DNA of 64,000 nt from the NCBI GenBank assembly GCA_041742135.1, contig JBGSJG010000005.1:5878-69877 (forward strand), given 5' to 3'. The DNA is from Patescibacteria group bacterium. GTDB taxonomy: Bacteria > Patescibacteriota > Microgenomatia > UBA8517. The translations under genes and the position numbers were made by a program. Position 1 is the first letter of the stretch, and each line of letters opens with the position of its first letter. This document shows, one piece after another, positions 1 to 10,109 of the stretch. The notes under the pieces are model-generated. The model worked only from the letters and a program-made list of their open reading frames with translations. It did not search any database and had not been told where the DNA came from.

Positions 1-997
1 GAAGAGTGATGCTAAAAGTGGTGCCAATCCCAATCTTACTTTTTACCTGAATTTCTCCGTGATGTCCCTCGACAATTTCGCGTGCGATGGCAAGTCCAAG
101 GCCAAACCCTTCAGAGGTGTTTTTACTTCGAGAGGTATCGGCTCTATAGAATCTGTCAAATAGATGTGGAATATCGGCTTTGGCAATGCCTATTCCTTGG
201 TCGGCGATCTCTACAGTTACTTTGTGTCTACTCCGAGAGCTTGTAATTTTTACAACAGATTTTTCGGGACTATATTTTATTGCGTTATCCAGAAGAATGG
301 TAAAAAGTTCAGTCAATGACTGCCTGTCTCCGGAGAGCTTGATGTTGCCAGTTTTATCACTAATTTTTATATCCTTTTTTCTGGCGAGAAAAGACATCTT
401 CTTGATTGCTTCCCCCAGAGTGTCGTTAAAATCAGTTTTGGTATGCGCCACATCAAGATTCTGAGAATAACGATTAAGCTTCATTAAGTTCTCTGACAAA
501 GTCGTTAAGCTGACTACATCTTCGAGGTTACTTTTGAGTAGTTTTTTAGCTGCTGCAAGATTTAATTTTTTGTCACGAAGTGCAACTTCAAGTTCTGTCC
601 GAAGAGACGTGAGTGGAGTTTTAAGCTCGTGGCTAGCATCCGCTGTGAATCTTTTTTGCTCTTCAAGCGACGCTTCAATAGGAGAAAGCGTTTTTCCTGC
701 TAAGATCCAGGCCGCAACTCCTGAAGCCGCAATGATAATGCCATTGATTACAATAAGTCTCATAACCACATAATTTTTTGCACGGTCCAAGTCGCGATTT
801 AAAAGTTTAAGCGCAAGTCCTTTTGGGAGAAGAGTGTCGTTTTGCGTGCGAAGACGCGTTTCTGCCATGCTAAAACTCTTTTGAATTTCACCCGAGACTC
901 CTTGGTAGATAATTAAACTAAAGCTACCAGCAACAATCGCAACCAGAGCGATGTACCAAAACGTCAGTCTCAGTCTTGCACTTGTGAAGCGTGTCAT
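1..997 (-). CDS. Two-component sensor histidine kinase (HisKA + HATPase_c), runs off the window start
   Basis: Hand translation from ATG 997: MTRFTSARLRLTFWY... with two TM segments, H-box FTADASHELKTPL, N-box LLDNAIKYS, G1 DQGIGI, F-box FDRFYRAD, G2 GFGLGLAI. ATGA overlap with the response regulator stop. Confidence 0.93.
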   Translation of the reverse strand, partial: MTRFTSARLRLTFWYIALVAIVAGSFSLIIYQGVSGEIQKSFSMAETRLRTQNDTLLPKGLALKLLNRDLDRAKNYVVMRLIVINGIIIAASGVAAWILAGKTLSPIEASLEEQKRFTADASHELKTPLTSLRTELEVALRDKKLNLAAAKKLLKSNLEDVVSLTTLSENLMKLNRYSQNLDVAHTKTDFNDTLGEAIKKMSFLARKKDIKISDKTGNIKLSGDRQSLTELFTILLDNAIKYSPEKSVVKITSSRSRHKVTVEIADQGIGIAKADIPHLFDRFYRADTSRSKNTSEGFGLGLAIAREIVEGHHGEIQVKSKIGIGTTFSITL

Positions 998-1674
998 TTC
1001 TTAACTCCCATTTTATAACCGAATCCGCGGACTGTATGAATGAGTTTTGAAGATCGAGGGAAAGCGGCATCAATTTTTTTGCGAAGGTAGCCCACGTAAA
1101 CTTCAACGGTGTTGGGCAAAATGTCAGCTTCATAGTCCCAGATGTGACTGATTATCTGATCTTTGTTTAAAATTGTATTTGGGTGAAGCATTAGATACTC
1201 AAGTAGCGCAAATTCTTTTCGTGAAAGAGCTATATTTTTTCCTGCTCGCTGTACTACGTAACTGTTTGTATCGATGGTTAAGTCAGCAAGAGAAAGTTTG
1301 TGACCAATTGTATTTTTAGGTCTTCTGGTTAAAGCTTTGATGCGTGCAAGAAGTTCTGAAAAAGCGAATGGCTTAGCAAGATAATCATCAGCCCCTGAGT
1401 TAAGGCCGATAACGCGATCCTCCACTTCACCTTTTGCAGTAAGCATGAGTATGGGTGTATGAATGTTTTCTTTTCGCAGGTTTTTGCAAACGGTGACGCC
1501 ATCCAAAACGGGCAACATGAGGTCTAAAATTATTACAGAGTAATCTTCGCTTGCGGCCAAATCAAAGCCTTCTTGGCCGTCAAATGCCAAATCCACCGCG
1601 TAGTTTTCCTGGGTGAGCCCTTTTTTTAAAGCAGTCGCAATCTTATGTTCATCTTCAACAATAAGTATCCGCAT
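994..1674 (-). CDS. OmpR/PhoB-family response regulator
   Basis: MRILIVEDE receiver, DLMLP phosphoacceptor, MLTAK, GADDYLAKPF, winged-helix end IHTVRGFGY. Confidence 0.97.
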   Translation of the reverse strand: MRILIVEDEHKIATALKKGLTQENYAVDLAFDGQEGFDLAASEDYSVIILDLMLPVLDGVTVCKNLRKENIHTPILMLTAKGEVEDRVIGLNSGADDYLAKPFAFSELLARIKALTRRPKNTIGHKLSLADLTIDTNSYVVQRAGKNIALSRKEFALLEYLMLHPNTILNKDQIISHIWDYEADILPNTVEVYVGYLRKKIDAAFPRSSKLIHTVRGFGYKMGVKK

Positions 1675-1741
1675 TTATGGCAATATTGTATCATTTGGCT
1701 GAGAATTAGCTGAGTTTGGTGTTTTCTAGTACAATACGTTT

Positions 1742-2974
1742 ATGAATCAGACAATACAAACACTTAAAGGTTTTCGCGATTTTTTGCCTTCGCAAAAAAG
1801 GCAGCGGGATTTTGTGGCAAAAAAAATCAAAGAAACATTTGAGCTTTTTGGTTTTGAGCCTTTGGAAACGCCAACTTTGGAGTATGCGGATTTATTGTTG
1901 GGAAAGTATGGGGACGAGGCCGACAAGTTGGTATATACATTTACTGATCGGGGAGAGCGAGAGGTTGGCCTCCGTTATGACCAAACGGTTCCTACGGCGC
2001 GAGTCCTGGCGCAGTATAAAAATGAACTGCCGAAATTTTTTAGACGTTACCAGATGCAAAATGTCTTTCGCGCCGACAAGCCGCAAAAGGGTCGATTCCG
2101 TGAATTTTCCCAGTGCGATATTGATATTTTTGGAACAAAAAGCGAGATTGCTGATGCTGAAATATTAGCAACTACTTATTTCACTTACAAAAACATTGGG
2201 TTTTCCAACATTAAAATTTTAATTAACAGTCGTGAAGTACTTCTGGCGACACTTTCGCCATTTGCCAGTTCAAACGTTAATGTAAATTCAATAATTCAAA
2301 CTGTAGACAAAATGGACAAACTTCCCGAAGAGAAAATTATTCAAGAGTTGGCATCAAAGGGTGTCGATAACCCGAACGGTGTTTTGGAGGCTTTAAAAAA
2401 CGCTGGACCTGATGCCAATTTGTTTGAGATAATGCGCATTGCTGAGAAGATTGGATTATCTGATTCTTTGACTTTCGACCCCTTCATTGCACGAGGCTTA
2501 GATTATTACACTGGCATGATTTTTGAAGTAAGGATTCCAGGCTATGAAGTTGGCTCTGTTGGTGGAGGCGGTAGATATGACAATTTAATTCGCGATTTGT
2601 CTGGCGTTGACATGCCAGCTGTTGGAATGGCTTTTGGTTTCGACAGAACCGTGGAAGCAGCGCAAGAGGCTGGTTTAGTAGATAAAAGTAGCAATCCTTG
2701 CAAGGTGTTAGTTACAGTCTTTTCTGAAGAACTTCTTGATAAATCAGCCGAAGTGCTGCGTCAACTGCGTGAAGCTGGAGTGTCCTCAATAATTTATCCA
2801 GAAGTAGAGAAAATTGGCAAGCAAATTGGCTACGCAGACCAAAACTCGATTCCCTATGTTGTAATTATCGGTGAAAAAGAAGCGGGGCAAGATAAAGTTA
2901 CGCTTAAGAACATGCAAACGGCAGAGGAGAAACTACTTACAACTAATGATTTTATTCAACAAGTTTCAGGTTAA
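1742..2974 (+). CDS. hisS: Histidine--tRNA ligase
   Basis: KGFRDF, LRYDQTVP, FRADKPQKGRFREFSQCD, RGLDYYTG, GGGRYD and an anticodon-binding C-terminus. Confidence 0.98.
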   Translation: MNQTIQTLKGFRDFLPSQKRQRDFVAKKIKETFELFGFEPLETPTLEYADLLLGKYGDEADKLVYTFTDRGEREVGLRYDQTVPTARVLAQYKNELPKFFRRYQMQNVFRADKPQKGRFREFSQCDIDIFGTKSEIADAEILATTYFTYKNIGFSNIKILINSREVLLATLSPFASSNVNVNSIIQTVDKMDKLPEEKIIQELASKGVDNPNGVLEALKNAGPDANLFEIMRIAEKIGLSDSLTFDPFIARGLDYYTGMIFEVRIPGYEVGSVGGGGRYDNLIRDLSGVDMPAVGMAFGFDRTVEAAQEAGLVDKSSNPCKVLVTVFSEELLDKSAEVLRQLREAGVSSIIYPEVEKIGKQIGYADQNSIPYVVIIGEKEAGQDKVTLKNMQTAEEKLLTTNDFIQQVSG

Positions 2975-3614
2975 TAAAGAAACAATCTTCAAACTGTTTT
3001 TTGCGCTGGGCATTATTTTGATTATTTATTTAGTTGGTAAACAGATTAGCCCAGATACGATTAAACTTTGGACTCAAAAAGCCGGAGTTTTTGGGCCAGC
3101 AGTTATATTTACCATCTCGATCTTGACTGCTGTAATTGCCCCTTTGAGTGGGACACCATTGATGCTTGTCGGCTTCACACTATACGGTCCCGAAATCGTG
3201 TTTTTATTTACCTTTTCTGGATTAATAAGTGCCGGAATCAATTTCTTCATCGCGAAGAAGTTGGGTAGGCCATACATAGAAAAGCTTGTGGGTAAGGCTA
3301 ATATTGCAAAAGTCGACGAGCTCACACAAAGCCACGGAATCACGAGCTTGGCAATTCTTAGAATATTTCTGGGTGGATTAAACGATTTTATTTCGTACGC
3401 AATGGGCTTAACTAACATGAAGTTTAAAACCTACTATGTTGTCACTGCTGTAAGTTTTATTCCGGGAACAATGTTTTGGTATTTTATAGCACTAAATTCA
3501 AGCTCAACGTTGGCATTTTTGATTTGGAGTATAATTTTTACTACCGCCTTGGGTTTTGTCTTCGCAATTTTAAGAATGGCAAGAAAGCTTGCTAAGCGAA
3601 CGCAAAGTCTGTAA
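2946..3614 (+). CDS. TVP38/TMEM64 (VTT, DedA-superfamily) membrane protein
   Basis: Hydrophobic protein with APLSG...G.LYG, FFIAKKLGR, LRIFL...DFISYAMGLT and SFIPG. ATG 2946 preferred over the track start. Confidence 0.85.
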   Translation: MILFNKFQVNKETIFKLFFALGIILIIYLVGKQISPDTIKLWTQKAGVFGPAVIFTISILTAVIAPLSGTPLMLVGFTLYGPEIVFLFTFSGLISAGINFFIAKKLGRPYIEKLVGKANIAKVDELTQSHGITSLAILRIFLGGLNDFISYAMGLTNMKFKTYYVVTAVSFIPGTMFWYFIALNSSSTLAFLIWSIIFTTALGFVFAILRMARKLAKRTQSL

Positions 3615-3628
3615 AGTAGTTTTTACAT

Positions 3629-4096
3629 ATGGATCCAGCAAAACCTGAAGAAAAAATAGAAGAGGCCGAAGTTGTCGAGTCGACGGGGGAAGTGAATGAA
3701 GATGTGATGAGTCTTTTGGATATTCAAGATGCAATAAACAGCAGACTTGAACAGCTTAAAAATTTTCAAGACGACATAAAACCTCATAAAGAGATGTTGG
3801 AATCAATTTTTGAAAACGATGAAGACTATATTGATAAAAATGAAATTGCAAAAAAGGCCAGCAAAAATAAATCAGAGGCAAAGGCAAGGGTTTTAAGACA
3901 ACCGCAGGCCGCTGATTTAAATCAAAAAATTGAGGAGCTTAAAAATGAAGCGAAAGAGATTCAAGAAGGACTTTCTTATTACCTTCGCGAATATCAAAGG
4001 CTCACAGGTGCTAATGAATTTGAAAGTGCGGATGGCGAACTTCGGCAAATTGTGTTTATTGCAAAGTTAGTCCGAAAAACCAGTTTGAACGACTGA
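3629..4096 (+). CDS. Hypothetical coiled-coil protein
   Basis: 155-aa acidic helical ORF co-oriented with its neighbours; no recognised motif. Confidence 0.7.
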   Translation: MDPAKPEEKIEEAEVVESTGEVNEDVMSLLDIQDAINSRLEQLKNFQDDIKPHKEMLESIFENDEDYIDKNEIAKKASKNKSEAKARVLRQPQAADLNQKIEELKNEAKEIQEGLSYYLREYQRLTGANEFESADGELRQIVFIAKLVRKTSLND

Positions 4097-4120
4097 GGTT
4101 TTGATGTACAATAGCTTCAA

Positions 4121-5038
4121 ATGAAAGTATTTGGCCATAAGTCTCCAGACACCGATGCGGTATGTGCTTCAATTGCTTATGCATGGTACTTAACACAAAA
4201 AGGTCAGACTGCTGATGCTTTTGTTTTGGGTAAACTCAACCGTGAAACGGACTTTGTTCTTAAAACCGCAAAAGTTTCGGTGCCGAGTCTTTTAGAAGCA
4301 CTTACCGAGGAAGATGAAGTTGCTATAGTGGATACAAATAATCCAGAAGAGTTGCCGGAGGGAATTGGCAAAGCAAAAATTTTATCCATCGTTGATCACC
4401 ACAAACTTGCGGGGCTTACCACAGAGTCTCCTTTGGAGATTTACATGAAACCTGTGGGGTGCACATCGACTTTGATTTATCAGCTAATGCAAAACGACGG
4501 AATTCTTCCATCAGGTGAAATTGCAAATCTTATGGTTTCTGCAATTTTGTCAGACACATTGAAATTTACCAGTCCTACTACAACCGAGGAAGATAAAAAA
4601 GCAGCCGAAGATTTAGCTCAAATTGCACAAATAAATATTGACAAGCATGTAGAAGCCATGTTTGAGGCAAAAAGTGATTTATCTGGTATGAGTGCTCGAG
4701 ATATTTTACTTATGGATAGCAAAGTTTTTGATTTCGGAAACAAAAAGGTGAGAATTTCGAGCCTAGAAACAACCAAGCCTGAAAACGCAAAGGCGATGGT
4801 GTCTGGAATGGTGTCTGAAATGGAGAAAATCCGGGAAGAAGAAAACCTTCACAACGTATTTTTCTTTATCGTAGATATTCTGACGAGCTCTTCCGTGCTT
4901 TTGGTTTCAAACGACGAAGCCCGCGAGCTGGCCAAAAAAGCTTTCGCAAAAGATTTTGAAGGGGAATTTATGAGCCTTCCAGGTGTGGTTTCTCGCAAAA
5001 AACAAATGGCTCCTGCGCTCGAAAAAGTAGTATCCTAA
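4121..5038 (+). CDS. ppaC: Manganese-dependent inorganic pyrophosphatase (family II, DHH/DHHA2)
   Basis: GHKSPDTD, VDHH, PVGCTST, ILSDTL and GVVSRKKQ motifs. Confidence 0.96.
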   Translation: MKVFGHKSPDTDAVCASIAYAWYLTQKGQTADAFVLGKLNRETDFVLKTAKVSVPSLLEALTEEDEVAIVDTNNPEELPEGIGKAKILSIVDHHKLAGLTTESPLEIYMKPVGCTSTLIYQLMQNDGILPSGEIANLMVSAILSDTLKFTSPTTTEEDKKAAEDLAQIAQINIDKHVEAMFEAKSDLSGMSARDILLMDSKVFDFGNKKVRISSLETTKPENAKAMVSGMVSEMEKIREEENLHNVFFFIVDILTSSSVLLVSNDEARELAKKAFAKDFEGEFMSLPGVVSRKKQMAPALEKVVS

Positions 5039-5041
5039 AGG

Positions 5042-5692
5042 GTGCTCTATCTTCTTGTTTTTTTACAACTTCTCTTGTTACGAATGTTTTCTTCGCGAGT
5101 TAACAGCAGGCTTTTCCAAAGTGTACCAATGTGGCTTTATGTTTTGTTTTTCTTTCCCGGAACCCTGATTCATGAACTATCTCACTATTTTGCTGCGAAA
5201 TTATTATTCGTTCCTGTTGGGAATTTCTCACTGTTTCCAACGCGGGGAGAGCGCGAAGTGATCTTGGGTAGTGTGGCAATTGCTAGAGTGGATACACTTC
5301 GCAGAACTCTAGTTGGAGTTGCCCCAATGTTTTTTGGTGTAGTTCTAATTTTAGCTGGCACATATTTAACTATTTCATACCGCCTATACAGTGATTGGCG
5401 CGTCGCGGCAATGCTTGGGTATTTCCTTTTTGTGATTTCAAACAGCATGTTTTCAAGCCGCCAAGATTTGAAAGGCAGCTGGCGGCTGTTTGTTTTCATT
5501 GTACTAATCGGCACATTTTTGTATTTAGCAGGGGTGAAGATAAAAATTAACATCCCGGAATATGATTTTTTGAGGACTTTGGCGGTGTATCTTCTAATCC
5601 CCATTGTATTGAATGGCTTATTGTTGCTATTGTTAGATAGAAGGTATGGAGGTGATGTAAATGGCAAAGAAAAAAGTTCAAAAGAAAACTAG
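5042..5692 (+). CDS. Membrane zinc metalloprotease-like protein (M50B-like)
   Basis: HELSH (HExxH) in PGTLIHELSH, downstream GVAP, several TM segments. Confidence 0.7.
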   Translation: MLYLLVFLQLLLLRMFSSRVNSRLFQSVPMWLYVLFFFPGTLIHELSHYFAAKLLFVPVGNFSLFPTRGEREVILGSVAIARVDTLRRTLVGVAPMFFGVVLILAGTYLTISYRLYSDWRVAAMLGYFLFVISNSMFSSRQDLKGSWRLFVFIVLIGTFLYLAGVKIKINIPEYDFLRTLAVYLLIPIVLNGLLLLLLDRRYGGDVNGKEKSSKEN

Positions 5693-5858
5693 TCATTGGA
5701 ATCGCGAGATGGACGCAACAACAGAAAGCGTTGCGATTGGATCCGCTTTTTCAGTGTTGTTTTTACTTCTTCTAAAAAGTTTGGTTCTTGCGGTGCCTTT
5801 AGGTTTAGCGCTTGCGCTTGCCCATCACTATGGCAGGAATCATGCGAAAAAGAAGTAA
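5661..5858 (+). CDS. Small hypothetical membrane protein
   Basis: 65 aa with basic ends and a hydrophobic core; GGAGGTG SD-like sequence upstream. Confidence 0.55.
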   Translation: MAKKKVQKKTSHWNREMDATTESVAIGSAFSVLFLLLLKSLVLAVPLGLALALAHHYGRNHAKKK

Positions 5859-5892
5859 TTGAAATTAATGATAGTATGTTATACTTGATTTC

Positions 5893-6591
5893 ATGGCAGC
5901 CAGAGCCAAAAAGGCAACTACTAAAAGAGTAACTAAGAGAAGAGTTGTAAAGCCTGACGCAACTTTAGAAGTTGAGGAAAAACCTAAGAAGGTTTTTGTT
6001 AGGCGGACTTTCACAACTGGTCAAAAAGCAATTTTTTTGGTATTTGTTATGGCTCTGGTTTTTGTCCTTTATAGCGTTAAAGATTTCTTCATAGCTGCAA
6101 CAGTTAATGGATACCCTCTGTCCAGATTCGCAATTGTTAGCGAACTGGAAAAACAAGGCGGCCAGCAAGTCTTGGACAACTTGGTTAACGAAATGCTTAT
6201 TGTGCAGGAAGCGCGAAAGGCAAACGTTAATGTTAGTGATACTGATGTGAATGCCAAAGTAGAAGAAGTTCGTGCGCAAGTCGAAGGCCAAGGGCAAAAC
6301 TTGGATGAACTATTAAGTGCCCGAGCCATGAGTATGGATGATCTTAAAAAACAGCTCACGACGCAAATTTATATAGAGCAACTTTTGTCCGATAAAATTG
6401 CGACAACCGACGAGGAAATAACTGCTTTTCTAGAAACGAACAAGGACTATTTACCAGAAGGTTTAAGCGAAGATGAATATAAGAATTTGGCTCGCGAAGA
6501 GCTTAAACAACAAAAGTTATCAACCGAATTTGCAACTTGGATTGAAGGAGTTAAAGCTTCAGCAAATATTAATTACTTCGTAGAATATTAA
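5893..6591 (+). CDS. SurA N-terminal domain / PrsA-like membrane-anchored chaperone without a parvulin domain
   Basis: TM anchor followed by AATVNG, VLDNLVNEMLIVQEA and C-terminal WIEGVKASANI. Confidence 0.85.
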   Translation: MAARAKKATTKRVTKRRVVKPDATLEVEEKPKKVFVRRTFTTGQKAIFLVFVMALVFVLYSVKDFFIAATVNGYPLSRFAIVSELEKQGGQQVLDNLVNEMLIVQEARKANVNVSDTDVNAKVEEVRAQVEGQGQNLDELLSARAMSMDDLKKQLTTQIYIEQLLSDKIATTDEEITAFLETNKDYLPEGLSEDEYKNLAREELKQQKLSTEFATWIEGVKASANINYFVEY

Positions 6592-7785
6592 TTATTTTCG
6601 AACAAAAAGTATTGCGTTTGGAATATTTCTTCCAGGTCCCACCTTGTAGCCTCCGCTCCAAAGCGCTGTTGATCCTCCACTGTCTAGATTAAGTGCATTC
6701 TCCATTCCCATTGCGCGAAGAACTATTGCGGCTTCTGCCACTGTCGCATTGTGCACTACGCCAATATATGCTGTGCCGCCCTTGTTGGCCACAAAACTTC
6801 TTCCAGATTTACTACCCTTTTTAGGGTCCCCGTCCCCGCCGAAGGTGATGTTCCCTCCTTGGATCAATAAGGGTTGGTTAGCAATCATGCCGTCAATATT
6901 TGTATCTCGGCCAACTGAAGAAGATTGGCCCACAAAGTTCATCGAACCTGAGTGGAAAACAACGACGGGAACAACACTGTAGACATTGTTGTCAGAATTA
7001 AAATAGACTTTGTCTTTATTCATAAGTAGTGTGTCAAAGCTGTTGGTTTTACCAGCACACGAAGGATACTCGGCTGGGCAAAAGTAAGAGCCGTTAATTC
7101 CGGCATATGCACCTGATCTGGAAACATATTCAGACAAAGACAATACAGGACAGTCGTTTGTGCAGGTGCCAGTAGATGCCGTGTCTACTATGACTTTTGT
7201 GCTTGCCATGTCTCCTGCAACGAGACTTACTTGATACTGTCCTATATCGGTATTTACAGCCTGGCGTGAGTAACCCGATCCTGGAGGGGCGTTGTTTACG
7301 GGGACTGAAGCGGCGATTGCAAAGCTCGCTACAATTTTCGCCTGCTCGGCAGCAATTTTGGCTTCCAGAGAATCTAATCCCTTTATTGCCTCTTCATAGT
7401 TTTGATTGGCCATAAGCACTAAAAGACTGGTGAACTCTTTGTCCAAAGTACTTGTGTCCTTTGCTGACTCGCGCAAAACAACCAGATCTTCGTATGTCGC
7501 GACTGCACTTTTATACGCTTCTTCGATGCTGGCAATTTTGTCTTTAAGCTCCAAATTAATTTTGAGTTGGTCTTGACCTTTAAGTTCGTTAAGCTGCATC
7601 AAATTCTCAGCAAGCTGGGTTTTAAGGCTATCGTTTTCGGATGTTAAATCCATCGTCAGTACTTGAAGCATTGATATTTCAGAGTCTTTGCTCCTAAGAC
7701 CCAAAAGAGTTACTAGAACTATGGCGACAACTGTCGTAGCGATTCCTATAATAATTAGCTTTTTGCGCTTTTTAACAATCTTCAC
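6592..7785 (-). CDS. Membrane-anchored coiled-coil protein with phosphodiester glycosidase (NAGPA/DUF2233) domain
   Basis: AGINGSYF, ALNLDSGGSTAL and RNIPNAILF, preceded by an N-terminal TM and coiled coil. Confidence 0.85.
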   Translation of the reverse strand: MKIVKKRKKLIIIGIATTVVAIVLVTLLGLRSKDSEISMLQVLTMDLTSENDSLKTQLAENLMQLNELKGQDQLKINLELKDKIASIEEAYKSAVATYEDLVVLRESAKDTSTLDKEFTSLLVLMANQNYEEAIKGLDSLEAKIAAEQAKIVASFAIAASVPVNNAPPGSGYSRQAVNTDIGQYQVSLVAGDMASTKVIVDTASTGTCTNDCPVLSLSEYVSRSGAYAGINGSYFCPAEYPSCAGKTNSFDTLLMNKDKVYFNSDNNVYSVVPVVVFHSGSMNFVGQSSSVGRDTNIDGMIANQPLLIQGGNITFGGDGDPKKGSKSGRSFVANKGGTAYIGVVHNATVAEAAIVLRAMGMENALNLDSGGSTALWSGGYKVGPGRNIPNAILFVRK

Positions 7786-7793
7786 ACTTAATA

Positions 7794-9464
7794 TTACAGG
7801 TTATAAAGGCGGATTAACAAGAATGTGGGATTGGCTATGTAGCTTATTAAATCGTGAACTGATAAAGCGCCGTCGCCGTTTAAATCTAGGGGCAGGAGAT
7901 GCCCGAAATTGATGTCTACGTTTCCCACATAAACAGTTTTAAGCCTCACCACTGAAACAAAGAATGGCTTCGAAAGGATAAATTTATATGTACGATTTGG
8001 AATTATGTTGGTTAAGGCAGGGATCGTAGCGTAGCCGTCTCTGAATGACAAGTTTTCATAGCTTGTAATAAACTCTTGGTCTTCATACAGGGAAAGGGTA
8101 GCTCTGTTGTCTGTTTGGCTTGGCCAAAATCGTGCAAATATATCAAGAGAAGGTGGAGAGGTAAGCGTGAATTTGGTCGACATCACATCGCCGATCTTGT
8201 TCTCTCCTTTTAGTAATGAGAATTTTAAAGTGTGTATTCCACGCGGCTCGTTTGTCACAAGCCTGATCCCGACTTGAGTTGTTTGCCCAGGTTCTGTCTG
8301 CTTAATATCGGCGATTTTTATATTTGACGTGTTCATCGTCGACTCGGCAGAAAGGCTAAAACCATCTCCGGCGCTCCATATAGACTGACCAGTATTTTTG
8401 ATCTCGACATAAAATGAATACTCCGAATCACTCACAAGATAATCTGCAATAGTATGGGATTTAAACTCGAAAGAGTGAAGTTGCTCGGGCGTGCCTTTAA
8501 TTTTAGTTAAAGCTGCAACTTTACTGAATTGAGGTCTGGGTGCTCCTGAAATGGGGTCTTTCCAAGAAAACTGATCGAAAGGCTCGCCTTTATAATTTAA
8601 GACAAAAGGGGTAATGGCGACGATATTTGGGTCAGTCCAAACGTGCTCGAAGGCATATTTGTAATTTTCCGCCGCTTCTTCGTTACTTTTTGCCCAGCCC
8701 GTCTCAGTTATGAAAATCGCAGTATCACGCGAAAGCCCGTAGTTATATAAATGTTCCAACTCCCATCGATATCCTGCGATACTTCTTTTCCCGGTATCTT
8801 GCGGGCTACCAACAAATCCCGGATTAGGATAAGAATGCGAATTGTGGCCGTCAAAAATTGTGAAGATATAATTATCCTCTTTGTGCATGCCACTAAAGAA
8901 CGCACTTGCATCCATTGTGCCCGCGGTGTTACTTGCAGCTAGGTCAAGGGCTCCCGGAAGAACGAAAAATTCAGAGGAAAATTTTTTAAGAGTTTCAAGG
9001 TAGCCTCTGGCGATTTTGGCATATCCTGCAGGGTCGATAGTGCCACCCCATTCTTTTGCATGATTTGGCTCGTTAAAAAGCACTACATATCGGTTTTTGA
9101 CAGGCCAATTAAGTGAGTTTAAAAACCCGGCCCAATTTACGGCTTCTTCTTGGCTGGGTGCTTCCCAATAGTTTTGGCTCATTTTTGTAGCCAAGCGCAC
9201 AATTGGGATAAGCTTGAGTCTTCGCACTTGGTCCATCACGTTTTGCCACCTTGCCACGTCGCGTTCGTCTTCGCGAATCACGATAGTCACGTAGCCCCAC
9301 TCACCACCCTCTGAATTAACAAGCCCTGCAGCTTCTGACAGATCACTCTCATCGATTATGTGAATGCCAAATTTATTGTTCGGGGCTTGCGCATTTACGG
9401 CGGATGCACCAAAGCACAAAAGGCACGTGACCAAAATCACAAACCCGTAGACATATTTTTTCAT
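7794..9464 (-). CDS. Secreted clan GH-A glycoside hydrolase-like protein with Ig-like and dockerin-like C-terminal modules
   Basis: Signal peptide; LFNEPN (acid/base) and ITETGW (nucleophile); KNTGQSIW Ig-like module; DLNGDGALSVHDL Ca-binding-like loop. Start moved to ATG 9464. Confidence 0.75.
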   Translation of the reverse strand: MKKYVYGFVILVTCLLCFGASAVNAQAPNNKFGIHIIDESDLSEAAGLVNSEGGEWGYVTIVIREDERDVARWQNVMDQVRRLKLIPIVRLATKMSQNYWEAPSQEEAVNWAGFLNSLNWPVKNRYVVLFNEPNHAKEWGGTIDPAGYAKIARGYLETLKKFSSEFFVLPGALDLAASNTAGTMDASAFFSGMHKEDNYIFTIFDGHNSHSYPNPGFVGSPQDTGKRSIAGYRWELEHLYNYGLSRDTAIFITETGWAKSNEEAAENYKYAFEHVWTDPNIVAITPFVLNYKGEPFDQFSWKDPISGAPRPQFSKVAALTKIKGTPEQLHSFEFKSHTIADYLVSDSEYSFYVEIKNTGQSIWSAGDGFSLSAESTMNTSNIKIADIKQTEPGQTTQVGIRLVTNEPRGIHTLKFSLLKGENKIGDVMSTKFTLTSPPSLDIFARFWPSQTDNRATLSLYEDQEFITSYENLSFRDGYATIPALTNIIPNRTYKFILSKPFFVSVVRLKTVYVGNVDINFGHLLPLDLNGDGALSVHDLISYIANPTFLLIRLYNL

Positions 9465-9482
9465 TTCGTATAACATTATACT

Positions 9483-10109
9483 GTGTTTAAGCTACCTCCA
9501 CTCGCATATAAATATAACGCCCTTGAGCCATATATTGATGCTGCCACGATGGAGATTCACCACACCAAACACCATCAGGCTTATATTGATAAACTCAACG
9601 CCGCTTTAGAAAGCCACCCAGAACTTGAAGGAAAGACAATCGAGGCTCTTTTGGGTGACATTGGTAAAGTTCCAGAAGATATTCGGCAAGCTGTCATTAA
9701 TCACGGCGGTGGGCACGCAAACCATTCCTTTTTTTGGAATATTCTTATCCCAAATGCTCCACCTAAGCCTGAAGGCGCGCTTTTTGCGAGCATAGAAAGT
9801 ACCTTTGGAAGCTTTGATGAATTTAAAAAACAGTTTACCGATAAAGCGATGGGGGTATTTGGGAGCGGTTGGGCTTGGCTGATTTTGGACAAGGAGGGGA
9901 AGTTGGCATTAAAAAGGTATTCTTTCCAAAACAGTCCGCTTATGTATGGGGTTTCACCTATTCTTGGCCTAGATGTTTGGGAGCATGCATATTATCTGAA
10001 ATACCAAAATAGGCGGGCAGAGTACGTCGAAGCTTTCTGGCATATAATAAACTGGCATGAAGTTGAAAAAATTTACACCGTTTCTTCTGGGGGCAATTCT
10101 ACTTCTTAG
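9483..10109 (+). CDS. sodA: Superoxide dismutase, probably Mn-type
   Basis: LPPLAY..ALEP, HHTKHH, NHGGGHANHSFFW (GG typical of Mn enzymes), DVWEHAYY. Confidence 0.96.
   Translation: MFKLPPLAYKYNALEPYIDAATMEIHHTKHHQAYIDKLNAALESHPELEGKTIEALLGDIGKVPEDIRQAVINHGGGHANHSFFWNILIPNAPPKPEGALFASIESTFGSFDEFKKQFTDKAMGVFGSGWAWLILDKEGKLALKRYSFQNSPLMYGVSPILGLDVWEHAYYLKYQNRRAEYVEAFWHIINWHEVEKIYTVSSGGNSTS

Noticed and set aside
180-773. Plus-strand ORFs 180-464 and 534-773
   Set aside because: Antisense to the histidine kinase, which the track missed because it runs off the window.
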